Made by a program: the position numbers and the translations under genes. The notes below the pieces were generated by a model that saw only the letters and a list, made by a program, of their open reading frames with translations, searched no databases and had not been told where the DNA came from. A DNA stretch of 64,000 nt from a virus (taxonomy: Duplodnaviria; Caudoviricetes), in IMG/VR virus record IMGVR_UViG_3300031994_000011, positions 1-64,000 of that record, one strand, 5' to 3'. This document shows, one piece after another, positions 48,979 through 58,023 of this stretch (the first letter of the stretch is position 1; each line of letters opens with the position of its first letter).

Positions 48979-50517
48979 ATGAATGAACTTTTAAAGGCTC
49001 TTAAAGAAAATTTCAACACTACTCTTACTGAAAATGGCGCGACCACATATAAGTCTACACTTGATAGTGTATATGATATGTTCGCGCTGGGTGGCGCGTA
49101 TCGTGAACGCTCTGATGAAGATGTTATTATGCTTTTTAAAAAGGCATATCAGCAAGATCCTACGCTTGCTATGAAGTGTCTATTTTATCTTCGTGATGTA
49201 ACCGAAGGCCAAGGAGAAAGACGCTTTTTTAGAGTTATCATTAACTGGTTGGCGCGCACAATGCCAGAAGAAGCACTTAATTTCCTAAAGCAAATTCCAG
49301 AATATGGAAGATTTGATGACTTGTATTCACTTATTGGTGCTTCTATTGATGAGGATGTATTTCGTTTTATTAAATCTCAGTTAATTGCTGACCTACATAC
49401 TGATACACCTTCTCTACTTGCTAAGTGGCTAAAGTCAGAAAATGCTTCTTCTCCAGAAACTAAAAAGCTTGCTACAGAAACTAGGAAGCATCTAGGTCTT
49501 ACTTCTGCTCAGTATCGTCATATGCTTTCTATGCTTCGTAATAGAATAAAAATCGTTGAGACTCTTATGTCTCAAAATCGTTGGACTGAAATTGAATTTG
49601 ATAAAATTCCTAGCCGTGCTGGATTTATTTATCGTAAGGCATTTGCTCGTAATGAACTTATTGGCGATAAGTATGCCGAATTTATGAGTAAACCTAATAC
49701 TACGGTAAATGCGAGAACTCTTTATCCTTATGAAGTCGTTGAAAAAGCAGCTAAGCTAGCCAATGGTGGATGGGGTAGTCTTCCTTCTATTGATGATGTA
49801 GAAAGAATTACTATAAATAAATATTGGGACAATCTTACCGATTATTTCAATGGTGCTACTCTTAACGCACTTGCTGTGGTAGATACATCTGGCTCTATGT
49901 GGGGACAACCCATTAACGTAGCTATTTCTCTTGGCCTATATTGTGCGGATAAGGCAAATGGACCTTTTAAGAATCATTTTATTTCCTTTAGCCGCAATCC
50001 TAAACTAATTGAAACCGTAGGTGTAGATTTCTGTGATAAAGTTAATAGAATTTATCAGCAAAATTTGTGTGAAAATACTAACATTGAAAAAACTTTTGAT
50101 TTAATTCTAAATATCGCAAGAAAAAATAATTTATCACAAAAAGAACTACCTGAGTCTCTTATTATAATTAGCGATATGGAATTTGATGCAGCAATCAGTA
50201 ACTATGATTATTATAGAGAATCTAATGGGAATAGCAGCCTAATAGAGAATATTGAAAGAAAATGGAACGCGTTCGGATATAAAATGCCGAAACTGGTTTT
50301 TTGGAATGTTAATGCGCGCCATGATAATATTCCTATGAAAGAAAGAAATGGTATTACTTTTATATCTGGTTGTTCTCCTGTAATTTTTGATATGATTATG
50401 TCGGGAAAAACTGCTAAAGAACTCATGCTAGATAAACTACTATCTGATAGGTATGCTAAAATCTTTTCTGTAACTGATCATAAATATTTGCTATATAAAA
50501 ATCTTATAAATACTTGA
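48979..50517 (+). CDS. DUF2828-family (TROVE/Ro60-like + vWA) protein
   Basis: TENGA, LFYLRDV..GQGER, EYGRFDD, AKW, VVDTSGSM (MIDAS), ISDMEFD, VFWNV. Confidence 0.85.
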   Translation: MNELLKALKENFNTTLTENGATTYKSTLDSVYDMFALGGAYRERSDEDVIMLFKKAYQQDPTLAMKCLFYLRDVTEGQGERRFFRVIINWLARTMPEEALNFLKQIPEYGRFDDLYSLIGASIDEDVFRFIKSQLIADLHTDTPSLLAKWLKSENASSPETKKLATETRKHLGLTSAQYRHMLSMLRNRIKIVETLMSQNRWTEIEFDKIPSRAGFIYRKAFARNELIGDKYAEFMSKPNTTVNARTLYPYEVVEKAAKLANGGWGSLPSIDDVERITINKYWDNLTDYFNGATLNALAVVDTSGSMWGQPINVAISLGLYCADKANGPFKNHFISFSRNPKLIETVGVDFCDKVNRIYQQNLCENTNIEKTFDLILNIARKNNLSQKELPESLIIISDMEFDAAISNYDYYRESNGNSSLIENIERKWNAFGYKMPKLVFWNVNARHDNIPMKERNGITFISGCSPVIFDMIMSGKTAKELMLDKLLSDRYAKIFSVTDHKYLLYKNLINT

Positions 50518-50542
50518 CTTTCTTTTAAATTTATAGTATAAT
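50514..50542 (+). promoter_or_regulatory. sigma-A promoter driving the suppressor-tRNA operon
   Basis: TTGACT-N17-TATAAT. Confidence 0.85.
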
Positions 50543-50569
50543 AAAACAGTAAGGGGAGAAATCCCTTAT

Positions 50570-50642
50570 GGCGGTATCTTCTAGTGGTCTAGGAAAACGG
50601 TCTCTAAAACCGATAACCCGGGTCCGAATCCCGGTACCGCTA
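50570..50642 (+). tRNA. amber-decoding tRNA (CUA) with tRNA-Glu-type body
   Basis: GGCGGTA/TACCGCT acceptor, TTCT/GGAA D-stem, ACGGT-CTCTAAA-ACCGA (CTA at 50604-50606), 4-nt TAAC variable loop. Confidence 0.92.
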
Positions 50643-50646
50643 CTCT

Positions 50647-50756
50647 TAAGAGATGGCTGAATGGTTAAGGCAGCCTACCGAAGAGTAGGCGTAGGACGTT
50701 CGATTCGTCTTTAGGTTGAGGTAAACCATAGTGGGTTCGATTCCCACTTCTCTTAA
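50647..50756 (+). ncRNA. tRNA-like RNA with non-canonical anticodon loop and a second T-arm
   Basis: Ser/Leu-type D-arm; GACG-TTCGATT-CGTC plus GTGGG-TTCGATT-CCCAC. Confidence 0.6.
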
Positions 50757-50759
50757 TAT

Positions 50760-50900
50760 TGGGGTGTAGCCAAATGGTAAGGCAACGGACTTATCAGGAT
50801 AGCATAACGCAATGCGCTCCGGCAGGAGAGAAGCGTGGGTCATAACCAGCTCCTGATGCAATGACTCCGTGATTTGCTGGTCCGATTCCAGCCACCCCAG
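50760..50900 (+). tRNA. tRNA-Gln(UUG) interrupted by a 69-nt tRNA-like insert (50793-50861)
   Basis: Removing the insert gives ACGGA-CTTTGAC-TCCGT with U1-A72. Confidence 0.85.
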
Positions 50901-50923
50901 CTATTTTATTATTGGAGGCTAAT

Positions 50924-51364
50924 ATGCGTCAAATTATTATTGTTCGTAAAGATTTGAATATGAATTCCGGTAAACTTGCGGCACAGGTGGCGCATGCTTC
51001 CTTGGCTTTTATTTCTAATGCTATTCGTAATTGCGTAGAATGTTCAAGTTTAAGTCAAAATTATCTTATAAGTTTGAAAATTCCAAAAGATGTATACGAA
51101 CAGTGGTTCTGTGGAATATTTACTAAGACCGTTTGTGAAGCCAAAAATCACAGACAAATAATGAAAGCTATATCTATTGCCGAAGAGATTGGTCTTAAAG
51201 AAGGCACAGATTTTTTTCTCATTAAAGATGCTTGCCTTACAGATCTAGAACCAGAAGAAATCGATGAAAATGGGCAAGGCCGTACTCTTACTTGTATTGG
51301 TTTCAGGCCTCTTGACGATGAGACAGCTTGGAAAATTTCTAAAAAATTTCAACTGTATCACTGA
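50924..51364 (+). CDS. pth2: peptidyl-tRNA hydrolase, Pth2 family
   Basis: QIIIVRKDLNMNSGKLAAQVAHAS, IKDACLT, TLTCIGFRP. Confidence 0.9.
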   Translation: MRQIIIVRKDLNMNSGKLAAQVAHASLAFISNAIRNCVECSSLSQNYLISLKIPKDVYEQWFCGIFTKTVCEAKNHRQIMKAISIAEEIGLKEGTDFFLIKDACLTDLEPEEIDENGQGRTLTCIGFRPLDDETAWKISKKFQLYH

Positions 51365-51444
51365 TGCTATTAGTGCCCAAATCATGTCTCCATGATTTAC
51401 TGGTCCAGACTCAGCTTTGCAACTTTTTATTTTAGGAGGTAATT

Positions 51445-52017
51445 ATGGATCTTAATAGTGATGCTAATTATGACAATAAATTTTATGAAGTTTATCCTTC
51501 TCTTGAGGTGTCAGAAGAAGTAAAAAAAGAAAATAAACGTCTTTGTGATACTTATCCTTTTTTAATTCCTTCTAATCGTTTTAGTGGAAAGCGCATCAAC
51601 AGTGGTGAGGAAGGATACTGGCCAGGGACTCCAGAAGTAATGCCACAATGGGACTATGAATATACTGAATTAGATGAAATGCCAGACGGTTGGAGAAAAG
51701 CATTTGGAGAACAAATGTGTCAAGAGATAAAGCAAGCACTTCTTGATGTAGGTGAAGTTGGAGAAAAATTACTTGATAGATATAGAATAGTACAAATTAA
51801 AGAAAAATATGGATATTTGCGTTGGTATGATAATTTTTCTACTAATAAAATTCAAGGAATAATTCGTAAGTATGAAACCATTAGTCAATATACTTGTATA
51901 CATTGTGGCGCGCCCGCAACTAAAATTACTCGTGGATGGATTATGCCGGTTTGTGATGCTTGCGTTCCAGAGAATACTGACACTTTGCCTGTTAAAGAAT
52001 ATTGGGAGAATTGGTAA
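51445..52017 (+). CDS. hypothetical phage protein (QIKEKYGYLRWY, CxxCG)
   Basis: AGGAGG RBS; common phage motif. Confidence 0.75.
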   Translation: MDLNSDANYDNKFYEVYPSLEVSEEVKKENKRLCDTYPFLIPSNRFSGKRINSGEEGYWPGTPEVMPQWDYEYTELDEMPDGWRKAFGEQMCQEIKQALLDVGEVGEKLLDRYRIVQIKEKYGYLRWYDNFSTNKIQGIIRKYETISQYTCIHCGAPATKITRGWIMPVCDACVPENTDTLPVKEYWENW

Positions 52018-52088
52018 TGAAATTGTATACAAGTTATTGGGCACTGATAAAATAAAATCTTATATTGGTGAATTAAAGGAGAATTTAA

Positions 52089-52307
52089 ATGTATATAATT
52101 CCTTGTCCTAAATGTGGAAGAATGCCTAAAATTTATGAATGTATTCCAATAAAAGAGAAAAGACATAGAATAATTTGTTGTCCTAATCTTTGTTCTGTTA
52201 TCTCTACAAAAGAAAATGGATTTTTTAAATTTTATGTCACATATTTAGGAAATGGAGATGACAATACTCTTTTTAAAGAATGGAATAAAATGTTATCTAT
52301 TGACTAA
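52089..52307 (+). CDS. small zinc-ribbon (Lar-like) protein
   Basis: PCPKCG...CCPNLC...EWN. Confidence 0.55.
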   Translation: MYIIPCPKCGRMPKIYECIPIKEKRHRIICCPNLCSVISTKENGFFKFYVTYLGNGDDNTLFKEWNKMLSID

Positions 52308-52358
52308 TAATAAAAATTATATTATAATATATATGTAAGAAAGAGAAAGGAGAAAGAA

Positions 52359-52733
52359 ATGAAAATTATTGATTTTGAGCGTAAGGGCAATATAGTTCGT
52401 TTTTATCTTGGAGAAGACAGTCTTACTGAATGGTATGGCGATGATTGGGATGATGTGCCCTACGAGCATAATGCTGGAAGAGTTTATGATGAATTTATCT
52501 CCTCCTATAAAGATATAGCTTTTCCTTTTGATTTCACAGTGTTGGAACCTAAGAATGATTATCATTTCAATGGAAATTCTCCTTGGAGTAAAAAAGATAT
52601 GATTGCACGAAAAGTACCATGTATTATAGTAGCTCCAAAGGATGATGAATTCTGGGCAGATGAAAGTTTTATACTTTATGTTGCAAATGATAATGTTCAA
52701 AGATTTTACTTTGGCGATAAAATGGAACCTTAA
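52359..52733 (+). CDS. hypothetical phage protein (WYGDDWDDVPYEHNAG)
   Basis: Promoter and RBS. Confidence 0.75.
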   Translation: MKIIDFERKGNIVRFYLGEDSLTEWYGDDWDDVPYEHNAGRVYDEFISSYKDIAFPFDFTVLEPKNDYHFNGNSPWSKKDMIARKVPCIIVAPKDDEFWADESFILYVANDNVQRFYFGDKMEP

Positions 52734-52763
52734 TATTTAATATATAAAATATAGGAGAAAATT

Positions 52764-53315
52764 ATGAATAGTATGCTTAATGGAATGTTTGGAAAAATTG
52801 CCCCTGGCATGTGCCGTGTCTCTATGAATGGTGAAATTGCTATTAAAACCTCTAATGGTTATAAGACATATAATGTAGAAACTGGTACGCTAACTAATTG
52901 TGATAATTTCGCATTTGATATTGGTGAAGATTTCTTCTTCATTATCCCAACCAATAAAGTTCACAAGGGAGACATTATTCTCGCGGGCGGTAAACCTCGT
53001 TGCGTAATTGAAGCCGCGGCGAATGAAATTAAGACATTCTGCTATGAGGATGGTACTATTGGAACTATTGTTCCCGAACACCACATGTTTATGGGTAAGC
53101 AGTATTTCTATGGTAAGATTGTCTCGATGTTCGGTAATATGATGAGCGAAAAGGGTGGCATGAATAACATGATGAAGTATATGATGATGTCTGAAATGAT
53201 GAAAGGCAACAGCAATACTAATTCTATGCTACCAATGATGTTCATGATGAACGGCGGCCTTAACTTTGACGGAATTTTTGATATGGACGAAGAGAAAGAA
53301 AAGGAGGATAAGTAA
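52764..53315 (+). CDS. hypothetical protein with Met-rich C-terminus
   Basis: First gene of a three-gene operon with vWA and AdSS-like genes. Confidence 0.75.
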   Translation: MNSMLNGMFGKIAPGMCRVSMNGEIAIKTSNGYKTYNVETGTLTNCDNFAFDIGEDFFFIIPTNKVHKGDIILAGGKPRCVIEAAANEIKTFCYEDGTIGTIVPEHHMFMGKQYFYGKIVSMFGNMMSEKGGMNNMMKYMMMSEMMKGNSNTNSMLPMMFMMNGGLNFDGIFDMDEEKEKEDK

Positions 53316-53317
53316 GT

Positions 53318-54166
53318 ATGGGTGGCGGTACATGGACTACCACAGCTTATAATGCTAGTATCAAAAGCATGGGCTTCAAGAACGCAACCTCTGTAAGTTA
53401 TACTAGTAATATCCAGTCGATTTATAAAGAAAATCATCTACACCCTCTGCTGAATCCTTATGGAGTTACTCGTGAATGTCGCGACACGGAAGAGCATCCA
53501 GAAACAATTCCGGTTATTCTCGCGCTAGATGTTACTGGAAGCATGGGACGGGCAGCCGCAATGTGCGCGGGAAAACTAGATGAAGTAATGCAGGAACTTT
53601 ACTCAAAAGTAAAAGATGTAGAGTTTCTAATGATGGGCATTGGCGATTTGAGTTATGACGACGCGCCAATCCAGGCTTCACAATTTGAAAGCGACATCCG
53701 TATTCTAGACCAGACTACAAAGATTTATTTTGAAGGTGGTGGTGGCGGCAATTCGTTTGAATCCTATACTGCCGCTTGGTATTTTGGTCTACATAACACC
53801 GAGCTTGATTGTTGGAAACGTGGAAAGAAAGGTGTCATCATCACACTCGGTGATGAACCACTAAATCCATATCTTCCCGGTCATGATTTAAGTAAAGCAC
53901 TTGGATGCCCCGCACAGGATGTTAATACCCAAGAACTTTATAAAGAAGTCTGTGAAAAATTTGATGTATATCATATTGCTATTACCAATGAAAGTAGTTA
54001 TAGGCATTACGATGAAGAAATTAAGAACACTTGGGGCAAACTTCTAGGCCAACATTTAATCATCGCGTCTAGTGAAGAACTACCAAAGGTAATCGGTGAA
54101 ATTGTAGCAGAACATGAAAATGGCATTAGTACAATTAAGGTAACAGGGGAAGGAATTAGTTGGTAA
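53318..54166 (+). CDS. vWA-domain protein
   Basis: MGGGTW start; LALDVTGSMG MIDAS; EGGGGGN..ESY; TLGDE. Confidence 0.85.
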   Translation: MGGGTWTTTAYNASIKSMGFKNATSVSYTSNIQSIYKENHLHPLLNPYGVTRECRDTEEHPETIPVILALDVTGSMGRAAAMCAGKLDEVMQELYSKVKDVEFLMMGIGDLSYDDAPIQASQFESDIRILDQTTKIYFEGGGGGNSFESYTAAWYFGLHNTELDCWKRGKKGVIITLGDEPLNPYLPGHDLSKALGCPAQDVNTQELYKEVCEKFDVYHIAITNESSYRHYDEEIKNTWGKLLGQHLIIASSEELPKVIGEIVAEHENGISTIKVTGEGISW

Positions 54167-54167
54167 T

Positions 54168-55244
54168 ATGGAAGTCAAAGTTGTAATTGGCAGTAACTAT
54201 GGCGATGAAGGCAAGGGACTAGTATCAGCAAATCTCGCGCGCGTGGCAAAGCAAGAAAATAAAAAAACTCTAACCGTATTCTATAATGGTACTACACAGA
54301 GAGCACATTCATTTGGAGATACAGTACGTCATTGTACCGCCGCTGGCGAAGGATTTGGTAGTGATACTTATTATCATCCTATGTTTGTAGTTGATCCAAT
54401 TGCACTTTGGCTTACCCAGTCTTATGTGTATATTGACCCAAATTGTCGTGTAATTCTACCTTGCGATGTTATGGACAATCGCAAGATAGAGAAAAGCCGC
54501 GGTGACAAGCGTCATGGCTCATGTGGATTAGGTCTATTCGCTGCGGTAAAACGCAGCAAAAAATTAGAAGATAATGTTGTAATTAATGATTTTCATAGTC
54601 CATATAATCTATATTTTAAATTAAAAGAAATTGAACGACGTCATCCAACAGAAAAAGATACGCTATATAATATTGATATGTTTATGCGGGCGGTCGCGTG
54701 GATTGTGAATAATTGTAGAATTATTACATTTGACAACTTGGTAAAAAATCATCAGTATGATACAATTATTTACGAAGGCGGACAAGGACTACTACTTGAC
54801 CAAACCAATATGGATGATTTTCCGCACTTAACTCCTTCCAGTGTAGGTATGTACAATATTACACATGATATTAATAAATTAAATTGTACGCCTGAACTAT
54901 TCTATGTTTCGCGCACTTATATGACACGACATGGCGCGGGCCCCATGGAATTTGAATGTAAAAAAGAAGATATTAATCCAAGCATTGTTGACAATATTAA
55001 TCAACCAAACGAATGGCAAGGCACTTTAAGATTTGGTTATATTGATTTAGAAACTCTTTATAAACGTATACAAAAAGATGCCGCGTTATATAATAATAAT
55101 TCAAATATTAATCTTGTTTTTACTCAATTAAATTACACTAATAATAAAATTGAAACAAATAAAGGCCGAGTAGATATTATTAAACCAAACTTTTGTTCAA
55201 AAATTTATGTTTCTACTGATAAATTTTATATATATAATATTTGA
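54168..55244 (+). CDS. adenylosuccinate-synthetase-like protein (divergent PurA family)
   Basis: GSNYGDEGKG, HGSCGLG, EGGQGLLLD, TRHGAGP, WQGTLRFG. Confidence 0.85.
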   Translation: MEVKVVIGSNYGDEGKGLVSANLARVAKQENKKTLTVFYNGTTQRAHSFGDTVRHCTAAGEGFGSDTYYHPMFVVDPIALWLTQSYVYIDPNCRVILPCDVMDNRKIEKSRGDKRHGSCGLGLFAAVKRSKKLEDNVVINDFHSPYNLYFKLKEIERRHPTEKDTLYNIDMFMRAVAWIVNNCRIITFDNLVKNHQYDTIIYEGGQGLLLDQTNMDDFPHLTPSSVGMYNITHDINKLNCTPELFYVSRTYMTRHGAGPMEFECKKEDINPSIVDNINQPNEWQGTLRFGYIDLETLYKRIQKDAALYNNNSNINLVFTQLNYTNNKIETNKGRVDIIKPNFCSKIYVSTDKFYIYNI

Positions 55245-55291
55245 CTTCTAATAAAAATTATATTATAATATATAGGTAAGAAAAAGGAGGA

Positions 55292-55504
55292 ATGAAAATG
55301 GAACTTGAAAAACTTGATCGTGCGATGAATAATTTGATGGAAAAATACGATTGGCATGATACAAATAAACAAGAAGATTTCTTCCTTGAAAATTTGACCC
55401 GTGATTTGATGGAGCTTCTTTCTGAGCATGGCGTACCTGTTATTAAATGGGCCGAAGAGATTAAAAAAACGAATGAGTTTGTAGCAAATCTTAAGCGGGC
55501 ATAA
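55292..55504 (+). CDS. hypothetical protein
   Basis: Promoter and AAGGAGG RBS; 3' end overlaps tRNA-Arg. Confidence 0.6.
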   Translation: MKMELEKLDRAMNNLMEKYDWHDTNKQEDFFLENLTRDLMELLSEHGVPVIKWAEEIKKTNEFVANLKRA

Positions 55505-55566
55505 TTCAATGGATAGAATAACAAACTTCTAATTTGTATATCAGGGTTCAATTCCCTGTGCCTGTA
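55495..55566 (+). tRNA. tRNA-Arg(UCU)
   Basis: ACAAA-CTTCTAA-TTTGT; T-arm CAGGG-TTCAATT-CCCTG. Confidence 0.88.
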
Positions 55567-55569
55567 CTC

Positions 55570-55950
55570 GCGACATTAGTTCAGTTGATAGAGCTTTTGG
55601 CTTATGTCCAGCCATTGCGACTATTTTTAAGAATAGGTGCTTTCGTAACGAATCAAGGATATGGTAAGAGTGCAGTTTGATGAGCTGTACCAAAAGACTT
55701 GGGCGCCAAAAGGCAGAAGTTAAATGGTATTGAAAACCAGCCTATTTAAAATGAATAGCGGCTAATCTTTGCGGAGATTAGGAAGGATGAAAACCACTTC
55801 CGCCGAACTGTCGGTAGTAGCAAACACCTATGCGTAGGTAAAGGCAAACATTCGGGTCTACGTCTTTAATTTGGTTAGAAGCGTTAAGGGAACCAAGTCT
55901 GGGCAAGCAGCAGCAAACTGCGGCAGAGAAGGTAAGCAGGCTTCTCATTA
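55570..55950 (+). ncRNA. ORF-free structured RNA candidate beginning with a tRNA-like 5' half
   Basis: GCGACAT-TAGTTCAGTTGATAGAGC D-arm; CTTTTGGC/GCCAAAAG helix; several hairpins. Confidence 0.4.
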
Positions 55951-55951
55951 T

Positions 55952-56099
55952 GCGCCATTAGCTCAGTTGGTAGAGCACGTGACTTTGGGGCGGTAGTGTA
56001 AAGAACACGCTAGGAAAGCAAGGGCCTAGAAAATGAAGGGCGGTACTAAGACGCCCCGCCATAATCACGGCGTCCGCGGTTCAATTCCGCGATGGCGCA
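55952..56099 (+). tRNA. tRNA-Lys(UUU) interrupted by a 75-nt tRNA-like insert (55987-56061)
   Basis: Removing the insert gives CGTGA-CTTTTAA-TCACG. Confidence 0.85.
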
Positions 56100-56192
56100 T
56101 AAGTAAAATTTAAAAGTTAATTTCTTGACTTTAAGTAAAAATTCTGCTATAATATTTATGTAAGCAAGAGAGAAAGGATTGGAGGAAAGAGT

Positions 56193-56390
56193 ATGGAAAA
56201 CATTCTTAACTGTCAGTCTGGTTCTAAATTCATGGGTAACGAACTGAATTACTGGTGTCAGGAACAGATTATGAAACATCTTAGCTATGAGAAAGAAGCT
56301 CGTTACATCTACTCACACTTCAATTTTGGTGATGAAACTATGTACGAACTCGTTAGGTCGGGAGATATGATTGGTTTTAAAAAGATTTAA
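56193..56390 (+). CDS. hypothetical protein
   Basis: Promoter and GGAGG RBS. Confidence 0.6.
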   Translation: MENILNCQSGSKFMGNELNYWCQEQIMKHLSYEKEARYIYSHFNFGDETMYELVRSGDMIGFKKI

Positions 56391-56392
56391 TT

Positions 56393-56466
56393 GCGGATGT
56401 AGTTCAATGGTAGAATTTCAGCCTTCCACGCTGATTACACGGGTCCGATTCCCGTTATCCGCTCCA
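56393..56466 (+). tRNA. tRNA-Gly(UCC)
   Basis: TCAGC-CTTCCAC-GCTGA; U73; encoded CCA. Confidence 0.92.
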
Positions 56467-57720
56467 TTGGCGAAAGCCAAGACGAACGCCATAAGTCTTT
56501 AAAGTTTTCAGTCTTTCTAAAAACTGGCGGCAGTCCTAAAGCATATGGACATTAAATAAATAGCTTGACCAACCATTTTAGGTCAGATAAAATGGTGCGC
56601 TACACTTCGGAAATGGGAAGTGGGGATAAGTAAAGACCAGATTGAGATACACGTTGGGTGGTAAGTCCTATATAGGCCGTAATTCCAAGTACGTGGGCCG
56701 CCTCAAAACAAGAAGCGAATGGGTAAAATTGAGATGAGTCGTCTTAACTGCTTCACGCGCAAACTGAATGGTGCCGCATAGCCAGATTGCTCGGCGCGTA
56801 ATAAAAGAAGAGCAAAATAAGTGCTTTGTAATGAACGATAAAGTTGGTATGAAACGTTCCAGCCATTACAACCGCACATCGTTCGCGGTATATTAAGTAA
56901 GCGGTCTCGGCAAGCAGGGGCAAACTGCTGCAACTCTGGTAGGCAGGCAGAGTAACTGGATACAGACCCAGTATAAAAAGGTGCCGCGCTTATAAGCCGC
57001 AAGTTCGCAATAGCTTATACAGTTGCCCACTCTGTAAAAGGAGGCGCGCTGATAGACCGCAAGTATAAATAGTCTATTGCCACTAAGCCAAAGTGGGATA
57101 TAAATGAGAGCGGTAGACATCCTAACAAGAATGTTACGACGTATAGGACAAGGCTCCATCTAAATAGATGGGAAGCGCTATATAATAAGGTGCCCAAATG
57201 ACTACTAGGCAGTTTGAACTGCTAGCAGAGATGTACACTCTGATAAAAGTAAGAATGGGTTAAATGGAGTTTGAAGAACAGCCAATTGCAGAAAATGCTG
57301 TATAGTCATATCACCGAATGAAAGTTTAAGCGACATGTAATGTCGTCGGCTATGACGAGCGCAAACTGAAAGGGTTATGTACTATACCCATATTGCTCGG
57401 CGCAGTATAAAAAGGAGCAAAATAATGTACTACTAGTCAGCGGGTAAAGTGGAAATGAGTCGTTTCCACGACTAGTCACGGCTGAAAAACGGGATGGAAG
57501 GAAAATAATGGGTGAAGTCCTTACTGATTGTTAACAAATTAGAAAAGCGGCAGAGATGCCCTCCGCACCCGTCATACTATGTAGGCCAAAATGCGACCGC
57601 TGTAAACGGTTAGGGTGAAAACGAACCCTTGACAATGAATGTAGGAACAGCATTCTGACGCAGTGTGAGTGGATGAAATTTCCCTCCCCAGGAGGCGCGC
57701 CCTGGGTTATCAAAACACCC
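56467..57720 (+). ncRNA. large structured non-coding RNA candidate (GOLLD/ROOL-like context) with internal duplicated domain
   Basis: 1.25 kb with no plus-strand ORF, raised GC, many hairpins, flanked by tRNAs. Confidence 0.6.
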
Positions 57721-57724
57721 ATAT

Positions 57725-57795
57725 GCTCTGATAGTGTAGTGGAAAGCACGCTCCGGTTTGACGGGGAAGGATTGGTTCGAGTCCAATGAAGAGCA
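57725..57795 (+). tRNA. tRNA-like gene, anticodon indeterminate (6-nt loop GTTTGA)
   Basis: Good D- and T-arms; imperfect acceptor stem. Confidence 0.55.
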
Positions 57796-57945
57796 AACAG
57801 TTGACACGTATCTGTATAAAAAATGTGAGAGATAAAGCTGATGAAAGGCAAACATAGAAATTAAAAATTCGTTGTTATTATTGTTGGCGCAATAATAACT
57901 AGTCAGCGGCATCTCGTTGTTCCGGTGCGCCAACACTGGAATTAT

Positions 57946-58022
57946 GACCCCATAGTGTAGTTGGCTAACATATCTGTCTGTCACGCAGAAGATCGCGGGA
58001 TCATAACCCGCTGGGGCCGCCA
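57946..58022 (+). tRNA. tRNA-Asp(GUC)
   Basis: TCTGT-CTGTCAC-GCAGA; G73; CCA; variant T-loop ATCATAA. Confidence 0.85.
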
Positions 58023-58023
58023 T

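Noticed and set aside
54168-55244. PurZ / 2-aminoadenine genome
   Set aside because: The motif is GDEGKG (PurA-type Asp), not the PurZ GSTGKG type
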